64,000 nt of DNA from Octopus vulgaris. Its lineage: Eukaryota. Shown one piece after another: positions 50,328 to 61,399 of the stretch. Below the pieces are notes generated by a model, which was not told where the DNA came from, ran no database searches, and saw only the letters and a program-made list of their open reading frames with translations. Position 1 is the first letter of the stretch, and each line of letters opens with the position of its first letter. Position numbers and translations under genes: made by a program. The DNA lies in contig OX597827.1 of the NCBI GenBank assembly GCA_951406725.2, forward strand, positions 61,938,001 through 62,002,000, written 5' to 3'.

Positions 50328-50906
50328 TATATAGGTTAAGCTTAACACAGATGGACATTATACTTTATTACACGTCTCATATAACTAGCCGCTGTTTTTG
50401 TTGTTTAGGTGGGAGGAGATTTGACTCCAATTTCTTGTAGGTCAACGGACGGCGTCGTAGAGACGCCATCTTTGTCTCATCAAAGTAAGGATTCTGTGTA
50501 ATGGTAGTGTAATATAGCGTAAAAACTGAGTGAGCTTGTCACAACTGGACATCGTACTTTATTACAAGTAATTTTATGTAGCTATAGGTATAAATTTCTT
50601 TTCGTTTCTTGTATCCTGATATCTCAAACTCGTTTGTACAACGTCACCTTCAGGCGCTTCTCATAACGTAATTGCCTGTTTTTTAAAAATATTTACTCGC
50701 GCGTTATTCTCCTTTACTTTTTCGGTTCTGTGTCTGTATCTGTATTATGTATGTTTGTATAGTTTTTGATTGTATACATGTATATATATGTATATATATG
50801 TATGTTACCATAATAAATGTTGTATGTATGTTCGTTTTATGAAAGTATGTTTATCTGTTTTATGTATGTATGTAAGTATGTTTGAATGTATGTTTGCGTG
50901 TATGCA

Positions 50907-50974
<68 letters not shown>

Positions 50975-51298
50975 TATTTGTATCTATGTTTGTGTATGTA
51001 TGTTTGTGTGTATTCACCAACGTATGCATGTATGTCTGTAGGCATTATTGTATTTATGTATGCTAGAATGTACTTATGCGCGTATTTGAAAACATGTTTG
51101 TTTGTAAGTATGTCTGCACGTGAATGTATGCAAGTATGTCTGCATAGATTATTGTAGGCATGTGCGCCAGTAAGTACGCATAAGTGTAAATATGTAAGGT
51201 TATACGCATGTATAGATATGTGTCTATGATTCTATGTACGTATGTATGTACGTATGTATGTACGAAAGTATATATAGGTAGATGCGCCTATCTATCTA

Positions 51299-51335
<37 letters not shown>

Positions 51336-51349
51336 ATCTATCTACCTAC

Positions 51350-51410
<61 letters not shown>

Positions 51411-51854
51411 ACTCTCACTCACACTCTCTCTCTCTGTCTCTGTCTCTCTCTCTTTCTCTCCCTCTCTGTCTGCCTGCCTCTCATTCTCCCGCGTCTCTCT
51501 CCTCTAACTCAGTCCTATTATTTTTTTGGGATGTTTCTGAATTTTCAAGTTTTCGTCTCCCCCCACCCCTTATACACTCCTCTTACCGAATAATACTACT
51601 TTATTCTGATAGCTGATCAGAATAGATACACACACACCCACGCACACACCCACCCACGCGCGCGCACACACACACCCATATATACATGCGCACACATGCA
51701 CACACGTACACACACGCACACTGACATATTTACATACATGTAGGCGCATATGCATATAACTAGAATACATATATATACATAAATAGGTACACACACATAC
51801 ACGCACACACACATATATGTATATATATGTATATACATATAAGTATATAATATA

Positions 51855-51896
<42 letters not shown>

Positions 51897-51954
51897 GTGT
51901 GTGTATGTATATATATAATGTATATAGAATTGTATATATATATTGTATGTATGT

Positions 51955-51989
<35 letters not shown>

Positions 51990-52086
51990 CATACAGACAG
52001 ACAGACACACGTAAATATATAATTATACATATATTTGTGTATATAAACATATTGTGTGTTTATGTATGTATGCACTTCTGTATGTA

Positions 52087-52170
<84 letters not shown>

Positions 52171-52207
52171 CATACATACATACATATATATATATATATA
52201 CATACAT

Positions 52208-52257
<50 letters not shown>

Positions 52258-52639
52258 GATAGATCTGTGAGTGCGTGTGCATGTGTGCGCTGCGTGTATA
52301 AATTCATACACATACACACACACACGCACACACACTCACGCATATACACACATATTCAAACAACCAACGGACACACACATATACATATATAAATAATGGT
52401 ACACGTTCACAAAGTTCATCATACACATAGCTCTATTTTTCTTTCCAAATATCTCGTATATTCACGTCGAGTGTTCGTTTATCCTTGTCAAGTAAGTTTT
52501 TAAATAACTGTTCTTCAGATCTCTCTACAAACCGCCGCCATCTTGAGTATCTGTTTTCCCTGTCTCTGCTAAATGTTATTCAGCACTATCTACTTGGTTT
52601 CTTTGTTTGTTTGTTTGTTTGTTTGTTTGTTTGTTTGTT

Positions 52640-52674
<35 letters not shown>

Positions 52675-52933
52675 AGTTTTAATTTTTTTCGTTCTTCCAT
52701 TTCATCATCATGGCCACCTTGTCGTTGTCGTATCGTGGACGTCGTCGTCCTCTTCCTCCTCTACATCACCCTCCTCCTCCTCCTCATCATCATCATCACA
52801 GTCATCATCATCGCCGTCATCATCATCATCATCATCATCATCATCGTGGGGGTCAATGTAATCGACTCATCCCTTCCCCAAAATTGCTGTCCTTGTGGAA
52901 AAATTTGAAACCATCATCATCATAATCATCATC

Positions 52934-53021
<88 letters not shown>

Positions 53022-53026
<5 letters not shown>

Positions 53027-53420
53027 TTGAGCATGTCCCTTAGTGGCTGACGATATGTGCATCTCTGATCACGAGCAGAAGTAGTGGGGGAGCATCATAG
53101 CCGTGTGTTGAAAGGAATTCTTAGAGGTTTGGATAATTCACCTTTGGAAACAAGGGTGGTTCGTTCAACATTCTTAAACAATCCTTAATCAGGGACCTTT
53201 TGAGCGAGATGGGTTACACGACCAGAAGAAAATTGTAACTGGGCCCCACCTGCAAGCTCATGCGCTGTTTATCTTGATATGAGATCACCATGTCGCGCAC
53301 ATATGGTTGTGATGCATGTGTCTAGTGCACCCTTATCAGACGGGTAGTCATGATGGGTATACTGGACTTCGTATATTTTACCCCAGTGTCACTTTGGTTG
53401 CATGCACTGCTCCCTCACTC
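53022..53420 (-). mobile_element. family D (AAT)n-associated repeat
   Basis: Reverse complement of 11718-12117; ends CCCTCACTC|AATAATAAT. Confidence 0.8.
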
Positions 53421-53473
<53 letters not shown>

Positions 53474-53487
53474 TGATGATGATGATT

Positions 53488-53525
<38 letters not shown>

Positions 53526-53779
53526 ATACCACATAGACAAACATTTAAAAGGAGACATGCATTACGGAGAAAGAAAAAAGAGGCAATGTGAAAAAAATTA
53601 TTGGATACGTGAAGACACTCTGCAGAAATAAAGAGTATAAAGAGGCCACAAAACAAACAAAATACATAAACCATAGCATGTCACAATAGAAGAGAAAAGA
53701 ATAGCATCAAACCAACGAGGAAAATAATCAAAACTAGCCATAACCCCCATATACTACACAAACGTATGCGCGCGGAGAC

Positions 53780-54435
53780 ACAAATATATGTTCGATTTTA
53801 AGAAGACTAAGTACTGAGACTGGTTTGATGATGATAATGCTGCAGTCACCAGGTTCATTGAAAACAACAGGCTGTATGAGAAGTACCTTGTTGAAGAGGG
53901 TCCAATGCAGGCCATTTCTGAGAAGGCCTTCAAAGAAGCAAAGTCAAAACTGCAATATAAAACTCGAAACATGACTAATGGTCTGAAATAGCGGAAATGT
54001 AGAGAGCTTATAACTGCAGAGAATTGAAGGTATTATACAGCACAATAAGACAAGTTTTTGGTCCAAAGCTCTCGAAAGCGATACTATTGAAGTCAAAAGA
54101 TAGGCACGTCCTTATTAAAGTTCCAGAACGAATCATGAATCGGTGGACTGAACACTTTAAAGATCTGTTTGTTAACCCATTTGTTGTTGATGATTAAATC
54201 ATTAATGGACTTCCACAAAAAGGAGATTGTAACAGAAATGATCCAACCTTTCAAGTGATAAAGTCTACTATGAAAGAGATAAACAGGAAAAACTCGAGGT
54301 TTGGATGGAGTAATTGTTAAGCTTATTCACTTTGGAGGAGATAATGCTACTATGGCCATTCATGGCTAGCTTTTATGGCGAGTCTGCCTCGCAAGACTGT
54401 GTAGATGCAATTACGCTTTCCATTTACAAGGGCGA
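53780..54435 (+). pseudogene. degraded RTE-clade LINE (EN-RT linker and RT start)
   Basis: DWFDDDN..; YYSTIRQVFGP..LLKSKDR..LIK..IMNRWTEHFKDLF..; GLDG; QDCVDA..IYKG; many stops and frameshifts. Confidence 0.8.
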
Positions 54436-54469
54436 GGGTGTGTGTCTGTATCTATGTCTATGTCTATAT

Positions 54470-54871
54470 ACTCTTTTACTCTTTTACTTGTTTCAGTCAT
54501 TTGACTGTGGCCATGCTGGAGCACCACCTTCAGTCGACTTATTCTTTGTCGGCCTAGCACTTATTTTATTGGTCTCTTTTGCCGAACCGCTAAGTTACGC
54601 GGACGTAAACACACCAGCATCGGTTGTCAAGCGATGTTGGTGGGGACGAACACAGACACACAAACAGATACACACACATACATATATATATATATATATG
54701 CATATATACGACGGGCTTCTTTCAGTTTCCGTCTACCAAATCCACTCACAAGGTTTTGGTCGGTCCGAAGCTATAGTAGAAGACACTTGCCCAAGGTGCC
54801 ACGCAGTGGGATTGAACTCGGAAGCATGTCGTTGGTAAGCAAGCTACTTACCATACAGCCACTTCTACGCC
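54470..54871 (-). mobile_element. full-length SINE family B
   Basis: Tail, internal microsatellite, CORE-like segment and head are all present. Confidence 0.92.
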
Positions 54872-54873
54872 TA

Positions 54874-54909
<36 letters not shown>

Positions 54910-55776
54910 ATTCAGCCGAGGTCGAATTTGTCTTTCATCCTTTCGGATTCGATAAATTAAGTAGCAATAAAATAATGGGGTTCATGTAATCCACTAGTCC
55001 TCTCCCCCAAAATTTCTGCCCTTATGGCAAAATTGGAAACCTGGTTATTATAATTGTAAGGCGGCGAGCTGACGGAATCGTTAGTACGCCGGGCGAAATG
55101 CTTAGCAACATTTCGTCTGTCTTTACGTTCTGAGTTCAAATTCCGCCGAGGTTGACTTTGCCCATCATCATTTTGGAGTCAGTAAGATAAGTACCAGTTG
55201 AACACTGATGGTGATCTAATCGCGCCGGACGAAACGCTTATCGGTATTTCGCCGGTGGCTACGTTCTGAGTTCAAATTCCGCCGAGGTCGACTTTGCCTT
55301 TCATCCTTTCGGGGACGATTAAATAAGTACCAGTTACGCACTGGGGTCGATATAATCGACTTAATCCCTTCGTCTGTCCTTGTTTGTCCTCTCTTTGTTT
55401 AGCTCCTTGTGGGTAGTAAAGAAATAGGTATTTCGCCTGTCGCTACGTTTTGAGTTCAAATTTCGCCGAGGTCGACTTTGCCTTTCATCCTTTCGGGGAC
55501 GATTAAATAAGTACCAGTTACGCACTAGGGGTCGATGTAATCGACTTAATCGTTTTGTCTGTCCTTATTTGTCCCCTCTGTGTTTAACCCCTTGTGGGTA
55601 GTAAAGAAATAGGTATTTCTCCTGTCACTACGTTCTGAGTTCAAATTTCGCCGAGGTCGACTTTGCCTTTCATCCATTCAGGGTCGATAAATTAAGTACC
55701 AGTTGAGCACTGGGGTCGATGTAATCGACTCATCCCCTCCCCCTAAATTGTTGCCTTTGTGGCAAAAATTTGCAAC

Positions 55777-55780
<4 letters not shown>
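54910..55780 (+). mobile_element. SINE family A multimer (about 5 bodies)
   Basis: Bodies start at about 54910, 55059, 55223, 55427 and 55613. Two junctions read AAAGAAATA|GGTATTTC. The last unit has tail type 2 followed by (ATT)n. Confidence 0.9.
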
Positions 55781-55837
<57 letters not shown>

Positions 55838-56365
55838 AATAAAGTGAAAACATTGTTATTATTAATTTGAAATCATCAGTATTGTTTTTGTTCTCGTTGT
55901 TACGTCATTTAACATAAGTTAGGCCTCGAAGCATAAACAGCGAATTACTTTCTTGTACAGGAATCTCAAGAACAGATTAAAGTATTTGTATCGCAAACGT
56001 TGTTTTGTCGGTTGAGACAGAAACGAAGCTGTCAAGTGAGTGACCATTACAGTAAATTCCGTAGGTGTTTGCTGTTTACCAAGAATGTAGATGTCATGGA
56101 GATAATAACGAACGAGCTGACTTTGCGTGTAGATGATGTGTTAGAAGCGTAAATCGGTAATGTTGGGTGGTGATACAACTATGGAAGAGGTTAGAGGTGA
56201 CGGTGCAACACTGTCGGTTTAAGCATAGAAAGTGAAAGTAGAAAAATGGGAGGGGTAAGTAGATACAAGATTGAATCCTTCGAGGTGAGGACATCTTGTG
56301 TAAATTGCTCTGGGGAGACAGCAAGCAATTAACAAAGTAGTATTTCCTGTGAGACAATATTTAAG

Positions 56366-56435
<70 letters not shown>

Positions 56436-56501
56436 GCACAGACACATATATACGCGTCTACATGTTTGTGCTTTTATGTATCTGTGTGACTATGTGTATG
56501 C

Positions 56502-56576
<75 letters not shown>

Positions 56577-56714
56577 AAAGCAGCAGAAATATAGCAAAAG
56601 CTGTTACTCAGAGTTTAACGTTCCCGTTCGTCGGACAGTTTTGTTAAAAAAAACTGTCCGACGAACAGGAACGTGAACTCTGAGTAACAGCTTTTGTTAT
56701 ATTTCTGCTGCTTT
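56577..56714. repeat. inverted repeat, ~65-bp arms, ~7-nt loop
   Basis: AAAGCAGCAGAAATATAGCAAAAGCTGTTACTCAGAGTT..GTTCGTCGGACAGTTTT versus AAAACTGTCCGACGAAC..AACTCTGAGTAACAGCTTTTGTTATATTTCTGCTGCTTT. Confidence 0.92.
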
Positions 56715-56819
56715 TAAATAACGCATATTACTCTACCTCTGGTATTTGAGTACTCTTTTTTTCCACGTTGTTTCACATTCATGTGCTTACTCCGGTGTAT
56801 ATATATATATATATATATA

Positions 56820-57025
56820 TTTTGTTTCTCTCCTTCTTTCTGTGTTTTTTCTCTGTGTATCTTTCTGTTGAAGAGCGTAGGCTCGAAACGTTAAAGACTT
56901 GTTTTATTTATATTTCCTGAGCGCCATACTAATACAATTGTTTGTTTGTATTCCATCTGCCTTCGTCTTTTGTTTATTTCCCTAAACCTGCCTTCGTCTT
57001 TTGTCTATTTTCATAAAGCTTCCCG

Positions 57026-57027
<2 letters not shown>
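56820..57027 (+). mobile_element. Penelope-type terminal repeat with mutated minimal hammerhead
   Basis: CTTT-CTGTTGA-A-GAGC-gtag-GCTC-GAA-ACGT-T-AAAG at 56861-56896; (TA)n on both sides. Confidence 0.7.
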
Positions 57028-57094
<67 letters not shown>

Positions 57095-57102
57095 CATGTA
57101 TG

Positions 57103-57136
<34 letters not shown>

Positions 57137-57146
57137 TGTATGTATG

Positions 57147-57184
<38 letters not shown>

Positions 57185-57185
<1 letters not shown>

Positions 57186-57390
57186 TCTTTTATTCTTTTA
57201 CTTGTTTCAGTAATTTGACTGCGACCTTGCTGGAGCACCGCATTTAGTCGAACAAATCGACCCCAGGACTTATTCTTTGTAAGCCTAGTACTTATTCTAT
57301 CGGTCCGTTATGCCGAGCCGCTATGTTACGGGGGACACAAACACACCAACGTCGGTTGTCAAGCGATGGTGGGAGGACAAACACAGCTCC
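57185..57390 (-). mobile_element. SINE family B 3' part
   Basis: TACTTGTTTCAGT..GCTGGAGCACCGC..CGGTTGTCAAGCGATG. Confidence 0.85.
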
Positions 57391-57617
57391 ACACATATTT
57401 GTATAAATATATATATATATATATTCGTGTAGGTTCTTGTTTGTGTGTGTGTGTGTACGTATGCACACACACACACACATACGCACATACATACACACAC
57501 GTATTTCAATATATATGTATTTATATTTATGTGTGTTTGTATTCATGTTTGCTTGCGTATATACTTCCTTTTCAAAGATAACTATAACTTTTAAAATTTG
57601 GTACATGATTTACATAT

Positions 57618-57782
57618 GGCGTAGGAGTGGCTGTGTGGTAAGTAGCTTGCTAACCAACCACATGGTCCCGGGTTCAGTCGCACTGCGTGGCATCTTGGGC
57701 AAGTGTCTTCTACTATAGCCCCGGGCCGACCAACGCCTTGTGAGTGGATTTGGTAGACGGAAACTGAAAGAAGCCTGTCGTA

Positions 57783-57847
<65 letters not shown>

Positions 57848-58062
57848 TTGTGTGTCTGCTGTGTTTGTCTCCCTAGCATCGCTTGACAACCGGTGCTGGT
57901 GTGTTTACGTCCCCGTAACTTAGCGGTTCGGCAAAAGAGACCGATAGAATAAGTACTGGGCTTACAAAGAATAAGTCCCGGGGTCGATTTGCTCCACTAA
58001 AGGCGGTGCTCCAGCATGGCCGCAGTCAAAATGACTGAAACAAGTAAAAGAGAGAAAGAGAG
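57618..58062 (+). mobile_element. full-length SINE family B with expanded internal (TA)n
   Basis: All modules are present; about 55 bp of (TA)n follows GAAGCCTGTCG. Confidence 0.92.
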
Positions 58063-58212
58063 ATATATTCGGCGTACCTTCCTTACTTCTTTATATATAT
58101 TTCCCCAAACCGCAGTTATTCAGTATTAGCTAAAATGGCTTTATTTTTAATCTTATTGTCTTACTTATCTGTTTCATTTTTCCTCATCTTTTTTATCCTC
58201 GTTTACGCATAC

Positions 58213-58298
<86 letters not shown>

Positions 58299-58366
58299 GT
58301 ATAGGGAAAGTTTACGAAAAAAACAAAAGACGATGGCAGGTGGTGTACAAATATGTATATATGTAA

Positions 58367-58440
<74 letters not shown>

Positions 58441-58509
58441 GTATATATATGTATATGTATATATGTGTATGTATATATGTGTATGTATATATGTGTATGT
58501 ATATATGTG

Positions 58510-58568
<59 letters not shown>

Positions 58569-58789
58569 GTATCAGAGTAAGCACATGAATGCGAAACAAG
58601 GTTGGAAAAAAAAAAAGAAATTTTCTAAGCAAACAACGCTAGACTTGCATTTTAAAAAGAAACGTACAAGTCTGTCTACAAGTGCTTGTGAATCGGCAAT
58701 TACGCCTGCAAATGAAGTGTGTGCGAGTCTAGCGCGACTGAAAGCGATTCAGAAAAACGATTGTAATAATAATAATACTTTTTATTATA

Positions 58790-59010
58790 AATGATCTTGA
58801 CATTCCATTTACTCTGCATAGAATGTTTTTTTTTACATTCTACAGTTGTTGTTTTATTGCCATTTATTTACGAGTATTATAAATTTTATCGGTAAAATAT
58901 TTTTCTTGGAACGAATTACGATTTATAACATTGCTATTATAGGAAATTATTGCTCTGCTTTATGAGCGGTCTCCGAGAACAAATCAACTCGTATATCGAG
59001 GCACTACTGT
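58790..59010. mobile_element. Tigger-like right end
   Basis: ..GAACAAATCAACTCGTATATCGAGGCACTACTG|TA; no partner end was found. Confidence 0.55.
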
Positions 59011-59019
59011 ACACACACA

Positions 59020-59064
<45 letters not shown>

Positions 59065-60089
59065 TCACACACACATATATATATACATACATATATATAA
59101 TATATATATTTTCTCACGTACAACCTATAGGCGGAGTTTATTTAATCCTTGTTAGGGTGTTCCATTAATTTATCTGTTAGCTGTCATGCTTATTGCTCAG
59201 CTAATCCTTAGCACTCTGCATTTTCTCTAGAATTATTTCCCTGCCACTGCCCTGTTACTACAGGGGAGAAAACTCCTACAGTGACATGATGCACATACAG
59301 TGTGCTAAAGGTTTTTTGGTCTCCTACTATTTACCCGACGCCAGAGTCTAAAGGAAGTTTATTACTTCGCCTGAAGTTTTCATATCTTAAATTCTCTTTA
59401 TTCCTCCCTGCATATCCTACTCCACCACCTAGCAACTTTCTCTTTCGGTCAAATGACGTCCATGTACATAACCATCTTATTTCTTTTTAGGGCGACTTAC
59501 TAACAATTTATTTCATTGGTCATTTGATTTTCATTTTTTCTTTTTCGACTTGCTATATTTCACTTGCTAAATGGAATCATTTACTCATATCCATGCGACA
59601 CCTTGAACACCTTGAACACATATCCAAGAGAACACTTTGAAAGTAAATGGGCTTGAAAATTAGCTAAGTAGGTTTTGTGTGTTACAAGTTATGTAACACA
59701 CATTGTTTTAGCTATGAAACGTTTGTAGTCTTTATTTGGCTTTTCCATTTGTTACATCCTCGGATTAAACACTGAGTTGGATGGTGACTGTCAGCGTATC
59801 AAAATTTCCACTCTTCGTTCTTTCGTTCTCCCTCTCTCACATTTCCCTGCCTTCTCTTCTTGCTCACTTTTCTCCTCTTTTCACTTCACTGTGTCCCTGT
59901 CATTTTTCTCTCCCCTCCTTAATTCTTCTGTCCCTCTGCCTCTACCTCTTTTCTTCTTTCCCCACGTGACCGGTGTTCGGCCAAGCCTGTTCTTTCTTGG
60001 TTCGGCCGTCGTCCGTGCAACATCTATATTCCCCCCTGTGCTCGTCAAAACGTGTATCCCTGCCGTAAGGCTTTATTTCCACACAAGCC

Positions 60090-60429
60090 AGTTTAATTTA
60101 ATTCGTCCTTAGTCGAAAGACACCTGTTGTTATGTCCTGTTATTTGTATTTCTGTAACATTCTCCGTTTTTTTCCGTCCGTGTTTTCGTATACATTTGTT
60201 GCTTTCTTCCAAGGAATCTAATGCTCTTTTCCTTGGGGATGGCCAGATTAAAGCAATTTCGAGTATAACCAGCCGAAATTGCAAAGATAATCTGGAACTC
60301 GACTGAGGAAAGAAAACTTCGAATGACCCGTCCTTGTTTTCTTTGTATCGTCTATCTGAATGTTTTGTTGTCCCCTTTTTTGTATTACCTAACTGTCTGG
60401 ATGTTTTGCGTTCTTGTCCCATTTTTTTT

Positions 60430-60430
<1 letters not shown>
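60090..60430 (+). mobile_element. Penelope-type terminal-repeat remnant
   Basis: Shares about 160 bp with 31790-31962; ends at (TA)n. Confidence 0.55.
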
Positions 60431-60477
<47 letters not shown>

Positions 60478-60479
<2 letters not shown>

Positions 60480-60627
60480 ACAGGCTTCTTTCAGTTTCCG
60501 TCTACCAAATCCACTCACAAGGCTTTGGTCGGCTCGAGGTTATAGTAGAAGAAACTTGCCTAAGATGCCACACAATGGGACTGAACTCTGAACCATGTGT
60601 TTGGAAAGCAAGCTTCTAATCACACAG
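60478..60627 (-). mobile_element. SINE family B 5' part
   Basis: GGCTTCTTTCAGTTTCCGTCTACCAAATCCACTCACAAGGC..GGGACTGAAC. Confidence 0.85.
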
Positions 60628-60639
60628 ACACACCCACAG

Positions 60640-60684
<45 letters not shown>

Positions 60685-61008
60685 GGCGTTGAAAGGTACT
60701 GGGGAACTGGGAAGGGGAAGACATTGAAATATTAACTAAATATTAAAATTAAATTACTCTCAGAATTCCTTGCATCAAATTGGAATTTTTATACTGAATT
60801 CAAAATCTTTGACTTTTAAAATTTAATTAAACTGATCTAGCAAAAAAATATAATTAAAACAAATCACTATCTCTCCTTTGGAATGCAGAAGAGCTCAAAA
60901 TAGACTGTTGCATCGAAATTTCAATTCTTCATGTGGCACTAACGAACAGTCTGTCTGTCTGTCTGTCTATCCGTCCGTCCGTCCGTCCGTCCATCCATCC
61001 ATCCATCC

Positions 61009-61096
<88 letters not shown>

Positions 61097-61399
61097 CTTT
61101 GTCTCTGTCCATTTCTCCATCCATCTATCTATCAATCTACCTATCTACCTGCCTGCCTATCTGCCTGTCTGCCTGTCTGCCTGCCTGCCTGTCTGTCTGT
61201 CTGTCTGTCTGTCTGTCAGTTTGTCTGTCTGGGTCATAGCAGCAAGGCTACTACTACGACCTAGCAGGAATCCGAAGGAAACCAGAAACCAGCTCCCAGC
61301 ACCATGTGAATGAATTTTCTTTGAAAAACATATAAATCTCCTGAACTGATATCATGACAATTTAATTTTTCTAATTTATATATATATATATATATATAT

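Noticed and set aside
60298-60336. CTGAGGA..CGAATGACCCGTC hammerhead-like match
   Set aside because: It has GAAU instead of GAAA and no stem I, and the paralogue near 31838 lacks the core.
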